Source: Macrostomum lignano
Taxonomy: Eukaryota
Assembly: GCA_002269645.1 (NCBI GenBank)
Contig: NIVC01004454.1
Location: 1 to 45,288 of the forward strand
Length of the DNA: 45,288 nucleotides
Reading direction: 5' to 3'
The notes under the pieces are model-generated. The model was not told the DNA's origin and ran no database searches. It worked only from the letters and a program-made list of their open reading frames with translations. A program made the translations under genes and the position numbers. Positions 29,201 to 41,018 of this stretch are shown piece after piece. The number at the start of each line of letters is the position of its first letter. Within the stretch, counting starts at the first letter, position 1.

Positions 29201-32200
29201 GGCGTCTCCGGCACGCCGGGATTCCAGAACACGGAGCGGACCGGCTCAAGCGGACGCTGCAGAGTCGCATATCCGGCTGTACCGTCGCGCAAAGTACCCT
29301 CCGGGCCGAGGTACACATTGGTGACGCCCGGGTCCAGGTTATTCAGCAGAGTCGATGTCGAACCTACGGCCCGGAGCTGGCTGGCGTACATGCGCGGGAT
29401 TTGACCAGCATCGACCCCGGCACCTAGCAGGTCCTCGTGCGAGGCGGCCCGCATCCTGCCGGGTGCCGCATCGAGCATGCCCAGCTCGTCCTTGTATTGA
29501 GACGTCAGAGCCGCGTACTTGGCCGGGTCCTGGCTGCGCAGCGCCAGCATCATATTATTGATCTTCTCGTCTCGCTTCTGAGCCAGGTACCGTTCCAGCA
29601 TCAAGGCCAGCTCGGCCGGGTCTTTGCCGCCAACATTCATCGTCATCATGCTGGACACGACGCTGCCGGGCCCGCCTGTGGAGACGGAACCGCCGGGCAG
29701 GTCCGGGCCAAGAAGGTCCAGACTGCGGGTCCGCTGATGCTGACTGGCCGCCGAGTTTGGCGGGTACACCACCGGGGCGTAGGCCGCGGTCTCCCCAGCG
29801 CTCACTAGGAAGTCTTCCTGGGTGTCGCCCGAGCCGAACTCGTCGTCCTCAGTCTCGCCGCCTCCTTCCAGCAGGTTGCCGGAGCTGGCAAACTTCTTTC
29901 TTGGTTGGCGAGGCTGCAGCAACTGTTGTTTCTGTTGCTGCTGAAACATCTTCTGCTGTTGCTGCTGCTGCAGTTCCATCTGGGTTGACTTCGGCTGCTC
30001 CAGATCGACGCCTTTGTAGCGCTCGTCGGCCAACTCTGCCGATTTGGTCTTCTGCCGACGCCGCTCCTTCGGCCCGAGGGATCGAGAAGCTCGTTTAGCC
30101 CGGCTGAACTCGGCGTCGCGTTCCTGCTCTCGTGCGCGCCGGATCACCTGCATGGCCGCGCCGCTACCGCCGCCTGCCGCTGTGGACGAGGCTAGCGAAG
30201 AAGCGGAGGCCGCGTACGCATCCAGCGTGGCCACCTTTTTGCTGTACTTTCCCCCGCCGAACGGCTGGGCCCGGCCGGCCTGGCCAAATTCGTCGCTGTC
30301 GGCCTCGTCGTCTAGATCGCGACTGCGCGGCTTCGGCGGAGGCGGCGGCGGCGGGCGCATGTCGCGTGGCGCGGGAGATGGCGCCGGAGCGACTGCCACT
30401 GCCGTCGATTCCTCTTCCTCAGTCTCCGTATCGCTGTCCGTTTCTGTAGCCGTGCTACCGTCGGTATCTTCGTCATCCTCGACAGCAGCTCCGCTTCGAT
30501 TGTGTCTGCGAGGTGGCGGCTGCGGTTGCGACTGGGGCGGAGGCGTCGGCTGCGGCGGCGACTGCCGTTGCGGCACGTTCGCGTAGATTGGCTCATCCCG
30601 CTGCTGCTTCGGGCTCGGAGCCTGCTGATTTGGCGGCCGCTGCTGCGAACTCCTGGCTGCTACTCTGGGAGTGGCCTCTGGCGGCGCCGAAACGCTGGTG
30701 GCAGCGTCTGGCGTGACAGTCGGACCGCGCGGCTTCGGCATAGGCGGAGGTGCAGCCGGCTCGGTGGCGGGCGGTTCTGGCGTGGCGTACTGGTGCTGCC
30801 TGCCCGTTGCCTCAAAGGACTTGATCTTCTCCTTCAACGACATCTTTGACGGCGTTGGCAACGGCGGCTGCTCAGCGGAGCTGTTATCGGGGGTCAGGCT
30901 ATCCTGACTGATCCGACTGAACTTGTCGGCTAGGCTGGGTCGCGATGGAGCGGCTGCGGAGGCTGTTGCCTTCTCCGCCGGTTGAGGCTTTTGAGTAGCA
31001 GTCGTAGCGGATGACGATGAAGTTGGCGTGGTGGCGGCAACTGAAACTGCAGGTGGAGCCGGTTTCGATGGAGCAGCAGGTTCCTGTACAGCTTCTTCTT
31101 CTTCTCTACCTTCATCGTCGTCATCGTCGTCAGATGAGGACTCAAAGCTTGACGAGCTGCTGCTCTCTTCTTCAGATTCCTCTTCTTCCGAGTCAATGGA
31201 AGTCTCTTTGACTGCAACGGCAGCCGCTCTGGATTTAACAGGCGTCGGCGTCGGCGGGTCCTCCGTCTGCACCTGCATGTCGCCAACGGCAACGTCGACG
31301 TCCAGCTCTGCGTCTCTGCTCAGATCCGGGTTGGACAGCAGCAACCGATTGGAATTGGCCATGCGGCCAAGGGTTTTGTCGATGTGACCCAAGTCCTCGT
31401 CCACGTGGTCGATCGTGTTGTCCATGGAGATCAGTTCGCGAACAACGTCGTCAGCGTGCTGCTTCTTGCCAGCGCTAACCAGTCGGGCCGCTTCGGCCAG
31501 ATTCTCGTCCGATTTAGCCGACGGAGCCGCTGCCGAAGATGCCTCGGCTGCCGGTTGTCGGAACGGCTGCGGCTGCGAGGCGGCCCTGCTGGCACCAAGC
31601 GGCGGGTTCAGGCCCAGGCGTTGGTTCATTTGAGTTGAAAGTTCTCTCGATTTCGGCGCCGGTTGCGACTGCAACTTGGCACCGGGCAGAGCGCTCAGCG
31701 TCGGCACCCGGACGTAGCTGCCCGGACCCTCGTCCTCCGATGATTGCTCCGATGCCTGGGGCTGCGGCTGAGGTTGAACAAACTGCGGCGGCGTTGCGGG
31801 TTTCTTAGCCGGCTTCGGCGGCGGCGGCGGCGGTTTCTCTGGACGGCCGCGGTCTTCCATGCTGGCGATGAGGGCGCGCACACCCGGGTTCCGCTTCGAT
31901 TCAATGGCGCTACCATCTGCCGCGGCGTTGGCGCCTGCCGCCTGCGATGTCTGCGGCGGAGTTTGCCTCTGCATTTGAGCGTTTGTGACAACTGGCGTCT
32001 CCTCTATTGGTGAGGGCGGAGCAGCCTCGGTGGCGAGCTGCTTCTGCTGTTCCTGTTCGGCTTCTTGGAAGCAATCGGATGGGGCGCCTTAGAAGGCGGC
32101 GGCGGAGGCGGTGGACGCGGCCGAGCGATTTGCTGAGCTGCACCAGCCGCACTGAACGGCTTTGGGCCGAGCGGCAGCGGCGAGTATTTGGAGGCGGCGG

Positions 32201-33229
32201 CTTTTGATGCGGCTAACTGGCGGGTGAGAAGTTGACGAAGATTGTCCGGATCGTTGGGATCAGGCGGAGCGGCCGATGGGGATGCGGAGCTGTCAACTGT
32301 GTCCGCTGTCTTCTCCGGCTCAGTGGCCTCCTCGACAATGCTGTCTACCTTGCGCTGCTTACCGGCGGCGACTGCGGCGGCTGCGGTGGTTACGCGAGAG
32401 TCGGATTTGCCGAAAGATGAGCCAACGCTGGAGCTGCGACTTAGCGAAGACTCAGACTCTGAGTAGTACTCGGAGTTGCGCTCGGTTATGGTTGGCAGCC
32501 CGGCTGGATTCTGCTGCTGGGGCGGCGGCCTCCTCAGCTGGGCGGATTTGGCAGCGGCTGCTGCTTCTTTTTCTTCTGTTGCTTGGCTCTGGCCTGGGCC
32601 AATTGCTTTGTCTTGGTTTCGTGAAGTCGCTGGGCCGCTGGCCTCTGGTCACGTGATCCTGAGAGTACTTTACCAAGTCTTCTATGGAAGCGATCTGCAG
32701 CGTTTCAATCTCAGCGTCCAAGTCCTGGGTGTACAGGTCCCTGCCGACCTCCTCGTCCTCGTCCGACTCAGAATCGTCGTCAGTAGATATGGTCGAAGAT
32801 CGCTGACTCTCGTTGACGGGCTCCTCCGGCTGCTGCTCAGCTTCAGGCTGCTCCAGGTAGCACTCGCCTGAGTCGTCCGAATCGTCCGAGTCGTCCTCCG
32901 ACGAAGATGACGAAGATGAATAGCCAACGGCGATCGGCGAGTTCGTCGATTCGGAGGCGGCTGTTTCGCTTTGGCTGACAACGCCGAATTATTAAAGTCC
33001 GCCTTCCAGCGGCCGGGTTGGCCGAGCGAGTCTGCTCGTAGTCCGTGTAGAATTTGTCGCCTGGTCGCTCAGCCGTTTGCGTCGATCGTCTACGGACTGC
33101 TGGATGCCGGCTGGCGATTCGTCATTACGGCGAGGCCGGATTGAAACAGACGGCGGCTGCTGCGGGCCTCTGCCAGCCACCAAAGCGTGCGGGGACCGGC
33201 CTGCGCTCAACTTCGACTCCAGATTTTGC
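26206..33229 (-). CDS. Hillarin / KY (kyphoscoliosis peptidase)-like transglutaminase-fold protein. Exons ~33229-28752, 27836-27335, 27024-26206; start uncertain
   Basis: Core ELFKRMCAYAGFHCEILHGYSKGAGYRPG...RNTWTAVYVEG|CWRFVNVAWG...DNFYFLTEPDEHIFEHYP..WQLL is typical of hillarin-like proteins, followed by beta-rich C-terminal repeats. Introns 28751-27837 (phase 1) and 27334-27025 (phase 0) are GT-AG. There are 1-bp frameshifts at ~27554 and several in 32050-33000. Confidence 0.85.
27078..27270 (-). mobile_element. Partial tRNA-derived SINE, copy 4 (in hillarin-like intron)
   Basis: Aligns with the SINE body (ggctgttcagtccaag...ctggcacccattttacagctgg). Confidence 0.88.
27930..28673 (+). repeat. 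30-bp minisatellite, about 25 copies (intronic)
   Basis: Unit tgctatctactctgatcccttgtta(ag/gg/ga)cac, with variant blocks. Confidence 0.98.
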
Positions 33230-34876
33230 CTGGGTGCGCCGGGTGAAAATTTGTTTGTTTGATTGCTTTTTTTATCGCTTTACTACGCTTCAGTAACCAG
33301 GAGCTTTGAAGGTTCTCTTTGCTGCTGACCAAGCAGACAGAAATTATTGGGTGTGGGAAGCTGAAACATGCAATAATTGGAGCCTAATTTTACATATCAT
33401 TATAGTTTAAGTCCAATAGCAGAATTAAAAATAGCAATGAAAACTCAACCCAACTGAGCATGTTAGGGCTAATCCCCTTTTCTAGACTTCTATATCCTCT
33501 TTAGAATATATAAAGTTAATAGTAACATTAAAATTTTATTTATAATATCATATATCAACCCACAGTCAAAAAGGTGCTTTCATGATAGATTTCTCCAATG
33601 TATATTTTTATGTTATATACTTGTCCTAGTGTACTCTGGCATAAAAAATTACAGCTTGCAAACTTGGTATACATTTTGACTTGAATGCTTTTTGACACCA
33701 ATACAAGCATTTGCCATTTTGCCTATGTCAAAAAAGTGCAAAATTCGAAATTGTGCTAGAAATTTCTTAGTTACAGTTTTGCAATGCTGATAACTTTTTG
33801 CTAGGTGTATGGTATTGCTGTGAAATTTAATGCTTTAATAAAACAAATGTGAAAGAGAATGTAGGTATATTTTGTACTTATTTAAACAAACCTGCTATTT
33901 ATAGTGAACATAGTATAGAAAAAATTTGCAATACCCCTTGTAAATTAGAGTGAATTTGGCTAGATTTAAGTCAAGAGACACTTGCCTAAGTTGAATGACC
34001 TTTTAAGGAAAATTTAGGAATACACTTATCCTTTTGGGATATATTTTGTAATTTATAAAGTTCAGATATTAAATATAAATTTGTTTGCTTATATACACAC
34101 TTGTAATTTTCATGAAAAATGGAAGAGAGATATTGTAGGTTACTAATCTACCTTTACAGTTTACAGTTTGGCCTGTTTTGCTATCATTTTATTGAATAAA
34201 CTAACTGGCCATTCTTTTGAGCTTCAAAAATTTCCTGATTTTATGTCCCTTATAGGGATTTGCATGCATTTTGACGATTTCTGTTAAGTATACTGCAGCA
34301 AGAGTTACACTCATCCTGTTTGCCTAAAAGTTTCATTTTGTCACTAGAAGTAAGTAGCAAAAAGAATTAGGGTGGCCACTCTTTCCATCAAAAGTTATGG
34401 CCATTTTAAATTTTACATGTACATGTACATATTTTTGAACAAAAAATTCACTTAAAATGACCTGTAGGAAGTTACCTATACCCAATTGCAAGCATTCTTA
34501 GCAGTTATGCACTCATTTACTAAAAAAAATCTCCCGACCCCATATTTTCAAGCAAATTTGGCACAGTTTTGAAAATGTACAAAAATGTACACGATGTTTG
34601 ACAGTCTGTATCTTTGTAATCGTATGGCTTCAATATGAAAACTATATGTCATTTGAAAGATCTATTGTCTATTTTTCAATGAATGTAAGAACATAGCCAA
34701 TCTAAAAAATTAAAAAGTTATAGCCATTTAAAGAAGACCACTTTTTCACTGTTTTTCATTTTTGCACATGATAAAAATAGGCACACTGGACACCCTAGCC
34801 AAAGTGATCAGTGGACAAAAATGAGAGCAAAAAACTGATTGTGTCAAAACTGTTATATATACAATATATATATTTC

Positions 34877-35386
34877 AATTTCAATCAATTTTTTTCATTT
34901 TTTTTAATTTTATAAACATAGAAGCAGCAATTTATTATATTGTTTGTTTTCATTAGAAAAATAGTACAATATAGTTTTTAGCATAGTTTTTATTGTATTT
35001 TGAGATTGGGAAAAATACCATTTTGAGACAATAAGAATAATATTTTTATTACTTGATCAATTTTCAAAAGTTTGGTATCATTTCACTTGTAATATCCAGG
35101 GCTACAACATAGCATGATCTTGAACATGCTGATCACTGTTCACTAGACACCCTACTTAGTATAGTTCCACTGCCAATAAGGCAAAAAAACTTTGATTTTA
35201 CTATTACATAATGTGATTGATATAACATAACAATATTGAATGATTTAACATGTTTTTCCCAATCTTAAATACAATAAAAACTATGCTAAAACTGTATTGT
35301 ACTATTTTTCTAATGAAAACAAACAATATAAATTGCTGCTTCTATGTTTACAAAATTAAAAAAAATTGAAAATATTGATTTCAATT
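34877..35386. repeat. Long inverted repeat: arms ~34877-35015 and ~35253-35386, spacer ~240 bp (foldback/MITE-like)
   Basis: taaacatagaagcagcaattta...gcatagtttttattgtattt...gattgggaaaaa is mirrored by tttttcccaatc...aaatacaataaaaactatgc...taaattgctgcttctatgttta. Confidence 0.9.
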
Positions 35387-37085
35387 AGGCCAAATATAAC
35401 TCAAGGCTGAATTATTAAGAAACTTTTAAAAATGAAGAAATAGTACTATATTGGCATAGTGGCATATCACATATGTTGGGATATACTAGATATAGCTTTT
35501 TAAATTGCCTGGGGATGATAGAGGTCTATAGTGCAACAGTGGTTTGTCAGCCAGTGTGCACCCCTAGGCCCCAGTCTGTTAGCTCATACCCACCTCTAGC
35601 ATGCTTATGACCTTCCATTAGATAGGCCTACCCATATGACTAGCATATACTAATCATATACTAGCATACACTATTATCAGTCTATATAATATATCAAATT
35701 ATATTTATATATACAAACTAAATCTAGAAATAGATTATTTCTATTTCTAAAATATAAAATATAAAAATCAGACAAAGTATTAGTGACAGTGTGAGTTTGG
35801 TAAATGTATGTACTGTAATTTTTCGTGCTTCTATAAACAAACAAGGAAGTTAACATGATTTATCTTTTATCCTAATATACATGTATAACATTCATAGCAT
35901 TTATACCCATTATATGACCAACTTTATGATCAAAGACCATTTTACTGTAAAATTATTTTACTCAAACTGGAGTATTAAGTTTCATAAAAATACGCCCCTA
36001 TTGTATTCTAAATTTTTATAAGGTAATTTACACTCACAAGCAAAATTTTAGAGCGAGGATCAAGATTCAAGATCACGAGATAAAACTAAAAAAGCGGAAC
36101 AATTTTCAACTTAAATACTATTGTAGAAGCAAACGAAAGATCTAGCGCTTGTTTATATTAGGGAAAGTTATAACATGGCAAACTGATTTATGAATGCTTT
36201 GTTTGAAACTCTTAAACTTAGTTCAATAATTCGACTAACAGAGCTAGTAATTTTTGTTTTACCGAACTTTAAAGACGTAAAGCTGTTAACGCACTAATTT
36301 CTGATGTTTTTGTTTGCATCTAAAGGCTAGAATTCGTTAATAGTAAATATACTCATGTAAATCAGGGTCAAAACTACTCAAACATAGTGTTATATGTAGT
36401 CCCTTGGTAAATCAAATAAAAATAAATGAAATAAAAGAAATAGAAGCATATGAAATTCGGTCCAAACATGCGCATGACTCAATATACCCTACTGTACTAT
36501 ACACTCGATCGATGATCGGATGTACACTGTATGTAGCGTCAGCTTAATATCTACTATAAGCATTATTATTGTAGTTTATGGTGCCTGGATATAAAATTTA
36601 AGTGATCTCGCACTCAACCAAATTGTACATTTATTTTTCATCACAAAGCAAGAGATAAATTGCAGAATACACATTAATACCAAGGACCACTGTAAGGACC
36701 ACTCTACCACAGTGGTCCTTGATTAAGACGTCCAAGGTGAACAATATACATATGCGTTTGTTTTACAACTAATAATAACATGTTCAGAAAAGTACATTGG
36801 AAGCACGAGGTGTTAAGCTTTAAATAAAAGTGCAAACTGCAGAACCTTAATAATTGATCAATATAAATTCGATAACTTTGTTAAGTGTGATCCCATGTTA
36901 TATAAACGCTAGTTGTCCAATGATTCAATATGGTAAACTGCTCAGGTTGTTTGGATTGACAGCTACGAAGAATGACGTTGCAATGACCAAAAACTGTAAT
37001 ATATGCTACCCAAATTCCTATCTACAAACAGCAGCTTGCTGCATTCCGTCCTAAAGAAGTCGATTACGTCTGGCTCCCTTAGCTT

Positions 37086-37448
37086 CTATACGGAATCAGA
37101 ATTCGCCAGCAACGGCTGCTGAGGCAGCGACCGGTGCGGATAATACCCGATCAAGTCGGCCGCTTTGACTCCGGGATCCAGCATCCCCGGCTCCATCATG
37201 GCCAGGCCGCCAGTTGGCTGATGCCCGGTTGGTTGGTAAATCATCTGGTGCCTCCCCATCGGGCCCGCACCTGGCTGCTGCCATCCAAACCCGATGGCTC
37301 GCTGCTGCGCCCTCTGATGTCGCGGATTTTTATTGTCAATCCGGTACTTGCGGAAGCAGACGAACAGCATGGTTAGGAGAGCCAGCAGACCCACGCCGCT
37401 TCCAAGGAGAATTATCAACAGCCGCTCTTCGTACGGATCCATGCCCAT
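37086..37448 (-). CDS. Small single-pass membrane protein (120 aa), or the last exon of a type I membrane protein
   Basis: Hydrophobic run LLIILLGSGVGLLALLTMLFVCF followed by basic RKYR and a Q/P/G-rich tail. GC-rich ORF. An acceptor-like CCGCAG lies 15 nt upstream of the ATG, in frame. Confidence 0.65.
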   Translation of the reverse strand: MGMDPYEERLLIILLGSGVGLLALLTMLFVCFRKYRIDNKNPRHQRAQQRAIGFGWQQPGAGPMGRHQMIYQPTGHQPTGGLAMMEPGMLDPGVKAADLIGYYPHRSLPQQPLLANSDSV

Positions 37449-37511
37449 GACTGATGGCCTGATCTGCGGTGCGAGATTGTACAGAAATCTTACTCAAATT
37501 TCCTTTCTGGA

Positions 37512-37761
37512 TTGTGATGAAGTTTCGAGCTTGTGATGAAGTTTCGAGCTTGTGATGAAGTTCCGAGCTTGTGATGAAGTTTCGAGCTTGTGATGAAGTT
37601 TCGAGCTTGTGATGAAGTTTCGAGCTTGTGATGAAGTTTCGAGCTTGTGATGAAGTTTCGAGCTTGTGATGAAGTTTCGAGCTTGTGATGAAGTTTCGAG
37701 CTTGTGGTAAAGCCTCGAGCTTGTGAAGCTTCGAGCTTGTGATGAAGCTTCGAGCTTGTGA
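37512..37761 (+). repeat. 19-bp minisatellite, about 13 copies
   Basis: Unit ttgtgatgaagtttcgagc. Confidence 0.97.
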
Positions 37762-38299
37762 AACGCCTCAATGTACAGAGTTGGACACGGGAAATCAATT
37801 GTGCTGTCACTCTCCGCTAATCAGCCGTTTGGAAAGTTTTACAATGAAATGAGTACAATTCTGGAAACCTGTCGATTAGCTGGGAACTCAGCTGTAACTA
37901 AAATTCTAGAAAGGATATACTTAAAAGTAAATTTTGGTTCTTTGTTTGAATCCAGCAGCTCCTGTTAATGGTAACCTGTATTGCAAGCCAGCTAAAGTCA
38001 ATAATTTTCAATCACGTAAAATCGATGTCTATATGTACTTTCTAGGCAAGTAGTCGAGTGACGTATCAATTCTTGCTCCGCATTTACGCTCGTAATCGTG
38101 TGTTCACTAATTCTCCCTCACAATGTACAACCCATTGTGCGTACACTCACTACAACTCTACTTCACTCCACTACAGGGTGAGCAGTTGGCTCAGTGTTTT
38201 TAACTTGAAGCACTGCAACAGAAGTTAGACAGCTGTGCATACTTCCTGCTTGCTATTCTAATAAAGTTTTATAGCCGAAAGTCGCAGCTGTTACAACAC

Positions 38300-38371
38300 G
38301 GGGGCATAGCTCAGTGGTAGAGCATTCGACTGCAGATCGAGAGGTCCTTGGTTCAAATCCGAGTGCCCCCT
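38300..38371 (+). tRNA. tRNA-Cys(GCA): tRNA-Cys (GCA), 72 nt, intronless
   Basis: Acceptor stem GGGGGCA/TGCCCCC, D-arm GCTCAGTGGTAGAGC, anticodon loop CTGCAGA (GCA at 38332-38334), T-loop GGTTCAAATCC, discriminator T. Confidence 0.97.
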
Positions 38372-38376
38372 CGCAA

Positions 38377-38383
38377 TTTTTTT
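38377..38383 (+). terminator. Pol III terminator (T7)
   Basis: Seven T residues 5 nt after the tRNA end. Confidence 0.85.
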
Positions 38384-38520
38384 AGCTTTTTGGTTAGAAA
38401 ATTTACAGACCTTTTGGGAGTTTTTAAGCCTATAGTTTGTGAGTTGCGATTGTGTAAGTGCCCGAATCCCCCATCCTGCAGCCCCGTTACTATGGGCTGA
38501 GAGTTCGGGCAAGGGGTCCG

Positions 38521-39406
38521 AGTTGCTGAGATGCAAAGGCTCAATGGGGGAGTTGCTGAGATGCCAATTGGTTCAATGGGGGAGTTGCTGAGATGCCAAT
38601 TGGTTCAATGGGGGAGTTGCTGAGATGCCAATTGGTTCAATGGGGGAGTTGCTGAGATGCCAATTGGTTCAATGGGGGAGTTGCTGAGATGCCAATTGGC
38701 TCAATGGGGGAGTTGCTGAGATGCCAATTGGCTCAATGGGGGAGTTGCTGAGATGCCAATTGGCTCAATGGGGAGTTGCTGAGATGCCAATTGGCTCAAT
38801 GGGGGAGTTGCTGAGATGCCAATTGGCTCAATGGGGAGTTGCTGAGATGCCAATTGGCTCAATGGGGAGTTGCTGAGATGCCAATCGGCTCAATGGGGGA
38901 GTTGCTGAGATGCCAATTGGCTCAATGGGGGAGTTGCTGAGATGCCAATTGGCTCAATGGGGGAGTTGCTGAGATGCCAATTGGCTCAATGGGGAGTTGC
39001 TGAGATGCCAATCGGCTCAATGGGGGAGTTGCTGAGATGCCAATTGGCTCAATGGGGGGGAGTTGCTGAGATGCCAATTGGTTCAATGGGGAGTTGCTGA
39101 GATGCCGATTGGTTCAATGGGGGAGTTGCTGAGATACCAATTGGCTCAATGGGGAGTTGCTGAGATGCCAATTGGCTCAATGTGGAGTTGCTGAGATGCC
39201 AATTGGTTCAATGGGGGAGTTGCTGAGATGCCAATTGGTTCAATCGGGGAGTTGCTGAGATGCCAATTGGCTCAATGGGGAGTTGCTGAGATGCCAATTG
39301 GCTCAATGGGGGAGTTGCTGAGATGCCAATTGGCTCAATGTGGGAGTTGCTGAGATGCCAATTGGCTCAATGGGGAGTTGCTGAGATGCCAATTGGCTCA
39401 ATGGGG
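38521..39406 (+). repeat. 31-32-bp minisatellite, about 28 copies
   Basis: Unit agttgctgagatgccaattgg(c/t)tcaatgggg(g). Confidence 0.98.
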
Positions 39407-39865
39407 TGAATACGGTGCAGAGCTGATGACAAAACTCATTAAATGATTAAAAAAGCACTCACATTAAACCTTACCTGTTCTGTTTAGCCTGCTTAAAGAA
39501 ATATATTATTGTGTCCACCTGTACCGATTGAGTTGGTTCAGGCCTCTCTTATGCTTTCACAAGCGCGGCTGTGTGGTACCTACATGTATAACGCCTCCAT
39601 GCTAATAGCATTGCATTTATTTGGAGATTTCGCACTGCACACTCGACACTCAATGCTAGGCCTGGCTAGCGCAGTTTCTGGCTAAGCTTATCAGAGAAGG
39701 TATTTTGCAGTATATCGCATAGCATTGACTATCTCTGTCTAGCTCTCTAGTGTAATTGCGCACATTGCCCAACTGGAATAAGGCCTATGGTCAACTAATA
39801 TTGTAATGTTGGAATGCTATGTTGCATTTTCTTACAGTCTTATTAATGCTACATTAATAGCTAAT

Positions 39866-39989
39866 GAAGGTACATTAGCTATACCTGACCAAGGAAGGTA
39901 CATTAGCTATACCTGACCAGGAAGGTACATTAGCTATACCTGACTAGGTACATTAGCTATAACTGACCAGGTACATTAGCTATACCTGA
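39866..39989 (+). repeat. Short 22-27-bp tandem repeat, 5 copies
   Basis: Unit ggtacattagctatacctgacca with variable linkers. Confidence 0.92.
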
Positions 39990-40462
39990 AGACCAGCTAC
40001 TTAAGCTTTCGATAACATTGTTATTCGAATACATTAGCTTAAATTTCCTTATGTTCTTTTCGTTATCAACATTCGTTGCTAAATTGGAAATCTAGGAATT
40101 ATTTAGCCGTATATCTTCAACAGAGAAACGGCTCAACGGCTCAAAACACCTGAACGCTGTACTACTCACAAAAACAATGATTAGTAGTTGCAGTGTGCAT
40201 AGGACTACAGCTACCTTTCACAACCTACTACAGGTGAACACGTTTATTAGGAGTAATTAGCAGGCATTTTAAAACTCTTAGCGTTACAAATAGAGTAAAA
40301 ACACAATAAATATGAGCGTAGTTTGTTTGAGCTGGTCAGTTTCGACCACAGAACGTTTTATCATTACAATACGAGTACCTAAGAAAGTTAAGACATACTG
40401 TACTTATAGTTCGTATGGGAATAGTACAATGATTAATTTGGCTTGCTAAAACTCTTCTTCAT

Positions 40463-40930
40463 TCACTCGCAAGGCTTGGTGGGGTCGGACTTGTCCACCT
40501 TGTGCCGCCGGCAGTCGGGGCCCAGCACCATCTCGCACTTCAGGCTTCTGGCCAGAGGCGAAGGAAGGCAGTAGTAGCCCGAGCCGCGGGACCTGCAACG
40601 CGAGCAGCTGCCAGCGGTGGTGTAGTCGTCCGGGCTGCCGCCCTTCAGCACGCGGATGCAGCGGCCACGGACGGAGATGTTCTCGGTCTCCTGGCGGATC
40701 TCCTTGCCGCCCAGGGTCTTGGTCTCGGTCTTCGGCTCCGGTGAGCACTCTTCCTTCTCCTCATCTTCATCAGCTTCGTCGGCCTCATCGGCCTCATCGA
40801 CATTGTCTAAGAACTCGGTCCCGTCTTCGATGGAATCGTCGTCGGCGTTTTCAAAGTTGGCATAGTCAGCGCGCACCGTCGCCGCCAGTAGGGCGAAGGC
40901 GAGGGCGAGAGAGAGCAGGGCGAAGCGCAT
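40463..40930 (-). CDS. Secreted cysteine-rich protein, paralog 1 (155 aa; true start is Met69 of the tracked ORF)
   Basis: Signal peptide MRFALLSLALAFALLAATVRA, D/E-rich spacer and a 94-aa domain with 8 Cys. The start is supported by alignment with the paralog at 45052 and by a TATA-like element inside the tracked N-terminal extension. Confidence 0.88.
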   Translation of the reverse strand: MRFALLSLALAFALLAATVRADYANFENADDDSIEDGTEFLDNVDEADEADEADEDEEKEECSPEPKTETKTLGGKEIRQETENISVRGRCIRVLKGGSPDDYTTAGSCSRCRSRGSGYYCLPSPLARSLKCEMVLGPDCRRHKVDKSDPTKPCE

Positions 40931-41011
40931 GGCTGGTTGTGCTGGGCTGTTGATTGTGCAACTGAAGAGGCAACTGCCTTTGCTTGGCCGGGGCCTTTCT
41001 GCAGCGCTAGC

Positions 41012-41018
41012 ATATATA
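41012..41018 (-). promoter_or_regulatory. TATA-like box of paralog 1
   Basis: CTATATATG on the minus strand about 85 bp upstream of the ATG, at a similar distance to the TATA box of paralog 2. Confidence 0.55.

Noticed and set aside
29013-33296. Many overlapping R/A/G-rich ORFs over the hillarin-like exon
   Set aside because: They are alternative frames of GC-rich low-complexity coding DNA.
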